Shown: piece by piece, positions 31,028 to 43,547 of the stretch
How positions within the stretch are numbered: the stretch's first letter is position 1
Layout of the letters: the number at the start of each line of letters is the position of its first letter
Assembly (NCBI GenBank): GCA_025558095.1
Contig: JAIVFI010000007.1
Coordinates: forward strand, 372,001 to 436,000
DNA length: 64,000 bases
Direction: 5' to 3'
From: Hyaloraphidium curvatum SAG 235-1
Taxonomy: Eukaryota > Fungi > Monoblepharomycota
Notes under the pieces: model-generated
Told to the model about the DNA's origin: nothing
Database searches by the model: none
Seen by the model: only the letters and a program-made list of their open reading frames with translations
Made by a program: the position numbers and the translations under genes

Positions 31028-33579
31028 TCACGATAGACGACCGGCTCTGATCGGAGGCGGGGCGGTAAGCGCAAGATCACTCCAGTAAAGCGATCTGCCC
31101 ACCTTCAGGTTCTTTGCAGGTGTCTGCAGCAGCTTAACCGGATCCTTGAGCTCACTGCTCTTGGCAATTGTGACATCGTTGGGCAGTGTCACGACGATCG
31201 ACCTGCCCTGGCCCGGCCGGAAGTCGTCCGTGACCACGTCCTCGGTGTACTGTTGGAGGCACCGGTGAGCATACGGCGACGATCGCACGATCCGAACATG
31301 GAACGCACCTTCTTGATCACGTAGTCGTAGAGCTTCCCCGCCTTGACCCGCCTGAAGTTCCAGGTGACGACGAACGGCCCCGTACCGGTCACGATGTACT
31401 TCTCGTCACCCTCGCCCGTGTTGAACCGCGCGCGGGTAAAGGACACCTCCACGCCCATGAACGCCACGTGCTCCGGCCGCAGCTTCAGCCGGATCGGCAT
31501 GGGCTTCTGCTCCCCCATGCGCTTATTGAACCCAGTGTCCTCCGTGCCCTTCAGGGACGTGTTGATGAGCAGGAGGTAGTCCTTGCACGTGGCCAGGATC
31601 CAGTCGCCCTTCTCCGTGACGTCGATGCCGATGATCGGGTCGCCGAAACCGGGCAGCATGGTCTTGGCGTTGATGCCGATCTTGTCGAACATGCGGATCT
31701 CGCCCTTTTCGGAGCCCACGGCCACATAGCCCTGACCGGTGGTGGCCATGCTGCTGAACTTTTGCTTCGTCGTGTACTGCTTGGAGGTTTCGGCGACGCG
31801 CTTGGCTCCAGACACCCTCGGGTCGATCACGAACAGTGAGTTGTGGTTCAGGCCGTTGATGGTGGAGGCGTTGGTCTTCTGGTCGTACTTGTGCGCCGGC
31901 GCAATCTCCTCCAGGGGCACGATCTCGTCCACGTTCCACTTCTCCACGACCTGACCGCGCTCCAGGTCCATGCGGTAGATGTTGTGCTCGTCGCCCGGCT
32001 TCATCATGAGCAGGTCCCTGTCGCGTTGGTGCAGCATGATCTTCGAAGGCGTGAAGGTCGCCTGCTTTTCCGACTCGCGCACGTCCGTGATGGCGGTCAC
32101 GAACTGCAGCTTGTCGTTGTCGCCGTACTTGAAGACGCCGATGCGGTCGCCGCGCACGACAAAGGACCGATCCGTCGCCTGGCCCACGGCCATCGAGCTG
32201 TTCTTGACGTTGGCGGGTCCGCCGACCTTCACCGCTTCCTCGTCCTCCTCGCTCTCCTCGGATTCGTCCTGCTCGCCGGTATCCGTGCCCGCAGCGTCGG
32301 CGCGATCCCCTTCCGCCTGCTTTTCCCGCTCATCTTCCTCGTCCGCCAGGTCATAGAAGTTGTCCTCCATCTCCACGTCGTCCCGGTACCCGTCCAGGAT
32401 GTACTTTTGCTCGTCGCTCTTCACCTTTGCGAACGAGCTCTCGTTCAGCGTTTCCCAGAGGCACTGCCCAAACATTTCCCGGAACGCGGTCTCGTTGGTT
32501 GCGTCGTTGAAGCGGATGCTCCACGACCAGATCTGATTGTCCTCGTCAAAGTAGCACCAGACAAAGGACAGGTGCTCGTGCGAAAAGACGGGGTTCATGC
32601 GCTGCTCCACCGCCTGCGAGATGAGCCCCTTGTCGCCCGCCATGACGCTGAACCAGAACTTGAACTTGTCGACCTTTTGGATCTCGGCAGTGACGTTGCG
32701 CACCCGGAGGTGGAACTGGTTCACGCGGGGGTCGAACTGGTACAGGTCCCCGGCCGCTTTGACGACGCTGGAGCCAACCGGTGCGTTGCGCACCGGGGGT
32801 ATCGCCAGCTCCTGCGAAGGAGGCTCGGCGGCGGCGGGCGATTTGGGGGTCGATGCCGCCGCCGCAGGCCCCGCCGACGGGCCAGCGGGCGTCGAGGCAG
32901 ATCCGGCACCGCCGGGTTTTCCGACCGGGGTCGGTGCGGCAGATCCCGCCTCTCCAGGCTTGGCAGCTTTCGCAGGTGTGGCCGCGGCGCTGCCCGCCGC
33001 AGCTTTTGCGGCGAGCGCAAACTCTGCAAGGTCCTCGTCCCGAACGCCGCCCGCGTCAGTCAGGTTCCTGCGCTCGTACATGGCACGGTAAACGCAGCGC
33101 ACAAATTCGTCCAACAGGGCCCTCATGATGTCGGGCCGATCGCCGACATCGGGGTAGAACGAGTATGACTTTCCCCGGCCCTCGGCCAGGTCCAGCCAGG
33201 AGAATTTGACCTCGTCGGTCCTGTTGTCCACGCGGAACCCCATGGATTCGTCGATCAGGAACGCGCGCTCCTCGTCGAACAGCTCGTCCACGTTCTGGAT
33301 GTTCTCCGCGCCCTCCTCGGGGATCCGCTCCGCGACCAGCTGGTAGTTGAACGGTTCCGAGGTCTTGCGCACCAGGAGCCGAGCGTCAAGATAGATCTGC
33401 TCGTCCGGGTTGAGCCGCCGGCTCGGGTCGGTCAGGAAGAGGCCGCCGTGCGGGACGGTGAACACGACCTGCGGGACGGAAGCGCGTGAGAACGAGTTCG
33501 GAACAGGGCTTGCGCTACTCACGCTGTCGGACTTGTTCCATGGGCTGAATATGCTCGCGATTTTGCTGAGGAACGACAT
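31028..33579 (-). CDS. VID27: Vacuolar import and degradation protein Vid27
   Basis: PH-like region (MNPVFSHEHLSFVW), DRSFVVRG, MDLERGQVVEKW, AKTMLPGFGDPIIGIDVT, TGPFVVTWNF; 3' intron. Confidence 0.93.
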
Positions 33580-33876
33580 TGTCGGGCGGTGGGGCCCAAC
33601 CGCGCGGGTGGTGGAGCGTTCTTCTCAACCGAGTCGCGCTGAGCGCAGCAGCGAGGCGACCGGCTGTCGCGATGTGCGGTGCCGAAGGAAGAGCAATACG
33701 GCACTGCGCACCTCCGAGCGGGCCGCTGAATGAATACGCAGGAAAGATGTGGGTGTGTGTGAAATGTGGGAGCGAGCTTGCGGAGCGCTCGCGCCCGTGC
33801 AGCCCCGCGTAACGGCGCTGCGAAGGGACAGGCGACCCGGCAAAGAGAACCCCTGCTGGCCACCTCCAGAGGAGCG

Positions 33877-35763
33877 ATGCGCCCGGCAGACGAGCAGGCG
33901 TACGGGCTCTTGAGCGCATCGGTCGCTTCCGCCCCGAATGGCATCGCCGGAGGGTCGGATGCGGCAGACCCCGGTCGCCGGGTACACCCCATGCACGATG
34001 CGGCTCCGCCGGAGGAAGGACGCGAGCCGGACGATGACGATGGCAGCGATCCGATGCCTCACTTACCCCGGCGGCTCACGGTCCAGCTGCGGGGCGTCTT
34101 TGCCGCCTTCCGCAAGCGTTACACACGGAATCCTCTGACGCTGCGGTTTCACGACCGGCGGATGGAGCGGGAGTTTGAAGCAACAATGAACAAGGGCTCG
34201 GCGCTCATGAACAGCCTCCTCATGCTTCTGGGCAGCGGGCAGCTTGGTTTCGTCTTGGTCTGGCAAGCCTTGACTTGGGGCACGAAGAGCGCCAAGTTCT
34301 GGCAGGTGTTTCCCTACCAAATAGCCGGGCTCGTCTTTGCTCTCGTGACCGGTATTGGGGTCTATCTTGTTCCCGCCCCGCGGAAGCGGCAGCGTCTCGT
34401 GTGGTCTTTCCTCTACGGCGCGATCGTTATCCTGCTCTTCGTCGTCATGGACACGGTCGAGCACGTAAATTGGCAGCCCACGGACGACTCTCCCGTCGAG
34501 GTCTTTGTGAGCGGCAACCTCATGGTCCTCCTGTTTGTCTACGCTAGCACGCTGCAGATCCCGATCGTCAATTCCGCGATTGGGATCACAATTGCTCTAT
34601 GCTCACATGTGCGTTGCAGAATCGGCAGTCCGCCCGGGCTACAGCTGACCCCTGCGAACTGCAGATCGCTGCGTACGCCACTTTTGTGCCGCAGTCGCTC
34701 CTCAGGGGATACATTCCCTCGATCACGATTTACTTTACGTCTTGCATCGTCGGCGTTGCGGGCGGCTGGCTGCGCGAGCGGAACGCACGGGAACGGGTCC
34801 TGATGGAGAAGTTCACCAAGACCGAGGTCGTAGCCAGCCTCGCCGAGGGACTCGCCGCCATGCGGAGCGTGGACGTGGGCCTGGGCACGGGCGACTGTGC
34901 CAAGTCTGACGACGGGGCTCTCAAGGAGAACCCCGAGGGCCTGGCATGGTGGGATCGCCTGGGGATGCGGCTCGGTCTGGGAAAGCGCCGTCGGAATGCG
35001 GTAGCCCCCGAGGGAAGCTCCTCCGAGAAGCGCTCCTGGAGCCTCGTCGGCTTTGTGCGCCACAAGATCCTCCTCACATTCCGCGACCCCGCCCTCGAAA
35101 AGGCATTCGCCGCCCACTTCAACCACCAGCACGCGCACACCCTGTTCCGGATCGAGATGGTCTTCATCGCCGTCTCCACCGTCATCCACGCCCTGATCGA
35201 CTTCACGACGTACCACGGCTTCCTGATCTCCGACCTGGATTTCGTGCTCTGGCTCGCCATAACGGGCGCCGTCACCTCCTTCAGCTTCCTCCTCTCCTTC
35301 CTCGGCGCCGTGCGCCGCCGCCCGCTGCTCTTCCAGCTCATCTGCTTCTCCGCCAACATGGTCGTCCTCCAGACCGTGCTCGTGCTGTACGCGACCAACA
35401 GGTACAAGCACGAGCGCAACGTGTACGCCCCGATCGCCGTCGAGATCATCCTCGCCTCGGCCGGCGAGTCGGGCATGCGGCTGCCCTTCTTCTACGCCTT
35501 TGCGGGCGTCGTCTCGGCCTCGTCCGCCGTCAAGGTTGCGATCGGGTGGACCAACCTGCGGGAGCTGGTGGACGTGGTCTTTCCCTGCCTCGTCGGGATC
35601 CTGTACGGCACCCTCAGCGAGCGCGAGGTCCGGTGGTGGTACATTGTGCGGCAGAGGGCGGTGGGTGCGAGCGTGCGGGCGCAGCACGGACGTCTGACTG
35701 GACAGCGATCTGTCGCAGCTTGCCAAGGTCCACCAGGTGCGCCCAGACGATGCCTCAGAGTAA
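33877..35763 (+). CDS. Polytopic membrane protein with two repeated ~6-TM halves
   Basis: Two hydrophobic blocks, preceded by LTLRFHDRRMEREF and LLTFRDPALEKAF; introns near 34609-34664 and 35661-35718. Confidence 0.65.
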
Positions 35764-35946
35764 GGCATTGCCTCGGAACCCGCGATCGTTGGGACAAAAC
35801 AGGACACCGAATGAAAAGCCCGAAAGGGAGCCAGAAGCAGTAGTTTGCAGAGACGTATGTTGCGGACGTGACGTGTCTTGCAAAGGAATGGTGAAGGAGT
35901 AGATTCTATCCGGGCATCTCTAGCGGTATCACCGTCCCCCTGCCGC

Positions 35947-37987
35947 CTACCGGCGCTCGTACACCACCTCGCACGCGCCCATGGGCAGCACAAACAGCCT
36001 GGCAAAATCCGGCGTGGGGAAGACCTCCTCGCCCGTCTTGGGGTCCCTCGGCAGCGACAGCTTGTGCGTGCGCAGGAGGGTGGCGATGATGGACTTGATC
36101 TGAACGTAGGCGAAGGATTCGCCGATGCAGCGGTGGCGGCCTGCTCAAAGGGTCAGCGAATGTAGAGTGCGGAGGCCAGGAGAGACATACCGGCGCCGAA
36201 GGGGAGGTAGTTGCTCTTTGCGCTCTTTTCCGCCACGTCGAAACCCCCGTAGACCCACTCGTTCGACCCGGACTCGGCCTTCTTGAAGAACCGGTAGGGG
36301 TCGAACTTGTACGGGTTGGGGTAGTTGCGCTCGTCGAGCTGGCCCACGGCGGGCGAGGCGCAGACGAAGTTGCCGGCGGGGATGACGTAGTCCTTGTACT
36401 GCACGTCGCGGATCACCTTGCGCATGATTGCGATGATGGGCGGGTGGATGCGGAGGGTTTCCTGTTACGCACGACCAGGGTGAGTGCTGTCCGCCCAAGA
36501 ACGGTGGCCGCAATCCCACCTTCAGGCACGCGTCCAGGAGCTCCATCTTCTTCAGCGACTCGTAGTCCATCTCCGGCAGGTCCGCGGGCTTGGTGTCGGG
36601 CTTGCCCGTGAGCACCTCGGACTGCTCCCGGATCAGGGCCTCCTGGATCTCGGGGTTCTGGGCGATGTGCATGAGCATCCAGACCGAGGTCGCGGACGAG
36701 GTGTGGGAGCCGGCCATCAGGATCGCCTGAAACAGGGGCGTTGCTGGTCAGGACCGAAGAGAAAGGCCACCAGGGGGCAGCCCACGATCATGAAGCACGC
36801 CACGGCGGTCTCGCTCATGTGCTCGCCCGACTTGTACTTGGCGTCCATCAGATGGCTCAGCATGTCGTAGCGCACCTGCCCCGAGGTGTCCTCCTTGCGC
36901 GCGCGGAGGATGGACATGAAGAGCTTGCGCAGCTCCATGTGCGCGGCGTCGCGCTTGTAGAACGAGGGCAGGGGGAGCCACTCGAAGAGGAAGTTGACGG
37001 GGGTGAAGCCGTCGTCGAGGTCGTGGTACAGCTGGGCGACTGCGGGCCGGACGGGTGAGCTCACCGTGGGGTGGTGAAGTCGGATCGGTCGACTCACTCC
37101 GCGAGTCCATCTGGTCCCTGATCTCCTTGCCAAAGAGGCACCGGCTGGCCGTGTAGATGATGAGCTGGGCCAGGGCGTCGGAGGCCTTGCCCGTCTGCGG
37201 CTTGTCCGCCAGCGGCCACTTGGCGTCGAAGTAGTTGCGGGTCTCCTCGGCGCAGTAGCCGACGTAGACCTTGAGCGCGGTCGTGTTGAGGGCGTCCTTG
37301 ACGAACCTGGGCGCCAATCGCGCGAGAACAATCGAGGCAGTAAGGTTGGCAGCGTGGCGAGGCGAAGGGAGCCGGGTGGAGCCGGGGAACACGAGATCAG
37401 AAATGTGGCGGGGACGGCGGCTTCTCGCGCGGCGCACCTCTTCTGCTCCATGAGCACGGCGTTCTCGACGTCGTAGACGACCTCGGGCCCAAACACCGGC
37501 ACCGTCAGCGACTTGTACGCCTCCTCGGCCGACACGTTTGCCAGGGCGGCGTTGAAGAGGAAGTTGTTGCCGTCGGGGCCGAGGACGTAGGTCATCTTGC
37601 GCCCGAACATGAGGAACGTGAAGCAGTCCCCGTACTAGCACGATCACGCATGTCGATCGCCGGCAGAAAGCCGTCCAAGAGGCGTCAGTGGGCGCCTGGT
37701 AGACGGGACGGGCAACCCACGGTGTCGAGCTTCTCGCGCAGGAACTCGAGCGGCCGCATGCCGAAGGTGACCATCGAGCCGATGAACGGCACGGTGTAGG
37801 GGATCATCGGCGGCTCGTCCAGCACGCGGCCGTCCTTTGCGACGTGCGAGCGACGGCGCGTCTGCGACAGGCGGAAGAGCCAGTTCGCGACGGCGACGGC
37901 GAGCACCGTCAGCGCGAGCACGGCCGTGACGGACAGCCCGGCGGGCGCCGCGGCGGCCGCGGCGGCGGAGCCCGAGGAGTTTGCCAT
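35947..37987 (-). CDS. ERG11: Sterol 14-alpha-demethylase CYP51
   Basis: AEEAYKSLTVPVFG..VVYD, LYHDLDDGFTP, MAGSHTS, ETLR, FGAGRHRCIG (intron-split); multi-exon. Confidence 0.96.
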
Positions 37988-38261
37988 CTCGGCGAATGGA
38001 GAGCTTTGAGCGGGTGCAGGCCGAAGTCCGAAGACCACCAGTTTCCAGCCCCGGGCTGGGGAGTTGAGCCCGCGCTGGCATCGAACCACGTCTCCGTCCC
38101 TCGTCAAAAAGCGACGTGCACGGGACTGCGCCTCGCTGACAACGGGAGGCGTTTAGTACGCCCCTCCTCGCACACACCCCCGGCCGCCGCGGACCGCCCG
38201 CCGCCCCGCTCGCCCCCCAACCCGCCCCGCTGCCGCCTCCGCGCACACGGACAACACCGCG

Positions 38262-40318
38262 ATGCTCGCAAAGGCAAAGTTCGACGCCGCATCGCGCGCC
38301 GGCAAGGCCCGCGACGTCGGCATCTGCGCGATGGAGGTGTACTTCCCGCGCCAGTGCGTCGACCAGGAGGACCTCGGTGGGTGTCCCGACCGCGAACGCG
38401 CGTCCCGGAAAGCGGGGCGCCCCCGGCTGCCCGGTCGAGGGGGGCGGGGCCGCGCTGCGCATGGCGGCGATCGGCCGGCCGCGCTTTTCGGGGCTTCGCT
38501 GTGGCCTCTGGCGGCCCGGAACGGGCCCTCCCTTCAAGGGCGGCCAGTTGGATCTGAGCCCTGTGCAGGGCGTACGGGCTGCGCGAGCGGCTCCGTTCCG
38601 TGCGTGCGATCGGCCCACAGGGCGACCTGCGCATCGGTTGCATCTCCGAGGCTCCGGCGCCCGCCCTTCGCCGGCCGCGCCCGAACCCGCTTCTCACCTG
38701 TCTCCGCCCCGGACCGCCGCTGACCCCCCTTCCCTCCCGTTTCCCCAGAGCGGTTCGACGGGGCCTCGACGGGCAAGTACACCATCGGCCTCGGGCAGAC
38801 CAAGATGGCCTTTTGCGACGACAGGGAGGACATCAACTCGATCTGCCTGACCGGTGGGTTTCCAGCCGGTCCGTCGTCCAGAATCAACTCTGACGACACG
38901 GCATATCTTGTGGTTCCCACAGTGGTCGAAAGCCTCATGGCCAAGTACAAGATCCCGTACACGGCCATCGGCCGCCTCGAGGTCGGCACCGAGACCATCA
39001 TCGACAAGTCCAAGTCCACCAAGTCGGTCCTCATGCAGCTCTTCCAGACCCACGGCAACACCGCCATCGAGGGCGTCGACACGCACAACGCCTGCTACGG
39101 CGGCACCAACGCGCTCTTCAACGCCATCAACTGGGTCGAGTCGTCCTCGTGGGACGGCAGGTTCGCGCTCGTCGTGGCGGGGGACATCGCCGTGTACGCG
39201 CACGGGAACGCCAGGCCCACGGGCGGCGCGGGTGCCGTGGCGATGCTGGTCGGGCCGGACGCGGTGCTGGTCGCCGACGCCGGTGAGTAGCTGGGCGGAC
39301 TTCCGTCGTGAAGATGGGAGCTGACGCCGCCTTCCCGCCGCCCAGGGATCCGCGGCACGCACATGGAGCACGCCTGGGACTTTTTCAAGCCCGACCTGTC
39401 GTCCGAGTTCCCCGAGGTCGACGGCAAGCTCTCGGTGTCGTGCTACCTGGGCGCGCTCGACGCGTGCTACGCGCGCTACTTGGAAAAGTTCGAGGCGCTC
39501 GCGGGCGGGCACCTCAAGATGGACGACTTCGACTACTTCTGCTTCCACTCGCCCTACACCAAGCTCGTGCAGAAGTCGTTCGCGCGGCTGGCGCTGGGCG
39601 ACTTTGTGCGGGACCCGTCCAACCCCATGTACGCCGCGCTGCTCGAGAAGTTCAAGGTGGGGCGTGGCGCGGGATCCTGCTGATGTCCGGCATAAGCTCA
39701 TCCACCTCCTCTTGTCCCAGGACGTCAAGCCCGAGGACACGTACTTTGACCGCGAGGTCGAAAAGACCTTCATGGACTTTTCCAAGGCCACCTTCAACAA
39801 GAAGGTCGCGCCGTCGCTGCTCGCCGCCAAGCAGCTGGGCAACATGTACTGCGGCTCGCTGTACGGCGGCCTGGCGTCGCTCGTGAGCGAGCTCGAGCCC
39901 GAGTCGCTGGTGGGTTGCACCGATCGCGGCGTTGCGCGGTTTGGAGCCTGACCTCCCTTGCCTTCCATTGCAGCTCGGCAAGCGCATCGTCCTCTTCTCC
40001 TACGGCTCCGGCCTCGCCTCCACCATGTTCTCCTTCACCGTCGCCCGCCCCACCGACGCCCTCCGCGCCGCCGTCGACATCCGCGCCCGCCTCGACTCGC
40101 GGCTCGTCGTCCCCGCCGAGGAGTTCGATGCCGCCATGCGCCTGCGCGAGGAGACGCACCAGCTCAAGGGGTACGTCCCCAAGAGCGACCCTGCGCGTAT
40201 GTTCCCGGGGGCGTACTACCTCGAGAGCGTGGACGACAAGTTCCGGCGGTCGTACGGGCGCGCGGGGGGCAAGGCCGCCCCCGTGGCTGTCAACGGGGCG
40301 GCGAACGGGGCGCACTAA
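38262..40318 (+). CDS. ERG13: HMG-CoA synthase
   Basis: [25 protein letters not shown] (catalytic Cys), [26 protein letters not shown]. Confidence 0.97.
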
Positions 40319-40900
40319 ACGCGGTGCCGCGGTGGACTGCAAAGGACTGGGCCTCGGGAGCCGGGAAGGAAGGGTGGGAGCGGACGTCGATACCCTCGAC
40401 CGCCTGCAGCGGGTAGACGGACTTGAGACAAGCTGGCTGGTAGATCATGCATGTAACTTTGTAATCGCCTAATGCGGGAGAGTTTTGCCATCTGGAACCA
40501 CCGATGGGGCGCATCGCCTTGCGAGAGGGGCCGCACGTGCTTTTTGGGCCGGAAGCAGCAAGCGTCGCCGCTCCGGTGCACACCCGCCACATCGAACGAG
40601 CAGCGGAGGGCCGCCACGGCCGCCACTGGCGTTCCGGTCGAGCAGCAGCATCCGGCTGCCTTCTGCGGCGGCCCCGAGCGGGATCCGCAGCGCGTGGCGG
40701 GGCGCGGCTCTGGCCCGTGCGCGTCAGCATCTCTGCCGGACCGCGCCGGATTCTCATTCGCACGTCTCTCCGCCCTCGGATTCCCGGAATCGATCGGGAA
40801 AAGGGCGCATATTCGCCGATTCCACGGGATTTATTTGTCCGGCTGACGGGGACCGCTGACGGTGTGTGTCGGCTTTGACCACCGCTGAGCTGGCCCTGGC

Positions 40901-42269
40901 ATGGGCCCACCGACTCACGACGGGCGCCCGCTGACGCCCGAGTCCGACGCGTCACCGACATCTCTGAGACCGCCGTTGGCGCGGAGGCCGGCGCCGCTGG
41001 AGCCGCTCACTGAACGCGCGCGGGAGCGGCCAGAGGGGATGCAGGCAGCGGACAATGCGAACGGCGACCGCCGCGGGTCGGCGGCGTCGTCGGCGGGCGA
41101 ACCGCGCAGGCGAAGCACATACGTCGGCACGCCCACGTCGCAGTACGCGCCGCCGTGGCCGCAGCAGCCGCGCCGCGCATCCACCGCCCCGGGCAGGCCG
41201 CAGGCGAGGCGTCCGCCGCAGGAGCCGGAGCAGCACGACGATGCCGCCGCCGCAGCGGGGCTGCTGGTCACCGTGCCGCTGGTCATCGCCATCGTGCCGC
41301 CGCTGCTGTCGGCGCTCACGGGCAACTCGCAGATCTGGGGCGACCTGCTGATGGTGCTCTTTGTCGCCTACTACCTCCAGTATCTGATGCGAGGTATGTT
41401 GCATGTCGTTGGCGCATCGCAGCACATCTCCTCACAGCCTGGCTCCCACAGTCCCGTGGGACCTCTACGAGGCCTCGCGCAGCGCCCGCGCCGCCGCCCC
41501 CCGCCCCCCCGCCGCCGCCGACGCCTCCTCCCCCGCGGCGCAGCACGCCCTCGCCGCCGCCGCCGAGCTCCGCCGCCTGGAGCTCTTCAACCTCCTCCTC
41601 GTCGTCGCTTCCCCCGCGCTCGGCGGCGCCGGGCTGTGGTTCGCCAAGCGGTACCTGCTCTCCCCCGGCGGCCCGATCGGGTCGCAGTTCAACATCGGCC
41701 TGTTCGTCTTTGCCGCGGGCATCAGGCCCGCCGTGCACGTGGCCGAGCTGGTCAAGAACAGGGCCGTGGCGCTGCAGAAGGAGGCGCACATGCCGTACCC
41801 CGAGATCGACGCGCTGCGGGACCGCGTGGGCGCGCTCGAGGCCGAGGTGGCGGCCGTCAGGGGCCTGCTGGAGAGGGGCGCGGCCGGTGCGGTCGAGGCG
41901 GAGGGCGTCAGGGAGGCGCTGCAGGGCGTGGAGAAGCTCAAGGGTGCGGTGAGGAAGCTCCGCGAGGGGACCAAGGACGCGGAGGCGCTGGCGAGGGAGG
42001 CCGAGAGGGTCAGGGAGCTCGAGCGGCGGGTGGCCGAACAGGGCGACGCGATCGCCGCCCTGCGGGGCGGCGAGGTCGAGCTGTACCGCGAAGCGGAGCG
42101 GGCCGAGAGGGGCGCGGCGGGGCTCGCGCTCGAGCTGGGAGCGCGGCTGGCGGCGTGGTCCGTCGAGCTGGCGTTCCTGCCGCTCACGATCACGCTGTCT
42201 GTCGCTCGCGCCGTGGGCGGGCGGATGCTGCGGGGGATCCCGCGCAAGCCCATGATCGCGGGAGAATGA
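40901..42269 (+). CDS. Hypothetical membrane protein with coiled coil
   Basis: TM segments, intron near 41394-41451 joining to PWDLY, coiled coil; coding-type GC3 bias. Confidence 0.6.
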
Positions 42270-42392
42270 GGCGGGACGTGGAGGAGCGGATGGTGACGGC
42301 CGGGCCGCGTGTCGCCGGCCCGGCCAGTGTTGCTGCACTGTTGTTTTGCATTTCCGAATCTTGAATCTTGAGATGTTCGTCGTCGCAGTCTT

Positions 42393-43465
42393 CTATTCCG
42401 GCGACGCCTCGACAAACGCCCGCCAGGCCTGCCAGTCCGTCGCGTTGGGCTTGGCGCCTTCCGACGCCATCCGTATGGTGACCCCGTTGACCACGGTCCT
42501 GTGTGCCCGCGTCGACGTGGCGACGGAAAAGTGCGGGTGCGCGTCGAGGAGGGCGAGGTAGCGGCGGTGGTAGTTTGGCGTCGTGAAGTCTGTCGAGGGG
42601 GAGCGGGTCGGCCGAGAAGTGCGGGGGCGGAAGCAGAGCACCCACACATCTTGTTCATGTAGAGCAGGAAGGGCATCAATCCCCGCGGTTCCGAGGACGG
42701 CAGCAGCAGGTATCGGTAAATGCCCTCGACGACCCCCGGCCACGGCGCGCTGATCGCGTCGTCCACCACCACCACGCACCCGTCGACGCAGGCCCCCGTC
42801 GCGATCCCCATGTCGTGCTCGGTTGCCTCGGCCGTGTGCCCGCCGTCGACGCTGAAGAGCCGCACGGGCCCGACGGCGTCCAGCACGTCCTTTGCCGAGA
42901 GCTCCGCCGACGAGGCCTGCACGACGTGTGACTGCCGCCCCGGGTGCACGCCGAAGCGGGCCATGTTGCGCTCGAAGATGGAGCGGTCGCCCAGGCCCGA
43001 GCCGTCCAGGTTCTTTTCCTGGTCCGAGAAGACGTCCACGGCGAGCATCCGCTCGGCGCCCTTGAGGGTGTGGGCGACGGCGCTGGCGAAGCGGCCGTGG
43101 TGCACGCCGATCTCGGCCGCGGCCCCGCAGATGCCCAGGCGCGCCTGGTGCTGCGACAGGAGCTGCACGAGGAAGGCCGAGCCGGGCGCCATCCACCCGC
43201 GGATGCCGTCGATGTTGTCCACGAGCTGCAGCCGCACGGCCTTTGGGATCCGCGGCGGCTGGGGGCCGGAAGGGCATTCGGAGGCGGGGAACGTCCGAGG
43301 CGGTGCCGCAGTCCGGTGCTGCGGGCCGGAAGCCGCGCCGGACGCGTCCGCCTGCTCCGAGGCATCCGCGGGGGCCGGACGCGTGCTTGCGCCCGTCCCA
43401 AGCAGCCAAGCGGCGCCGAAGAGGAGGCCCAGCAGCAGGAGCCACCTCCGTGTCCGCACATGCAT
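42393..43465 (-). CDS. Signal-anchored class I SAM methyltransferase (Methyltransf_24-like)
   Basis: N-terminal TM, IRGWM, AEIGVHHGR, RLFSVDGGH, VVVDD; one 3' intron near 42592-42647. Confidence 0.8.
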
Positions 43466-43547
43466 TGACGGCGGGGCGACGTGGGGCGGGCGGGAAGTGC
43501 GTGATGATCGCCCGGAGATCCGACGTCTGTTGCAAACACCCGCCCCG

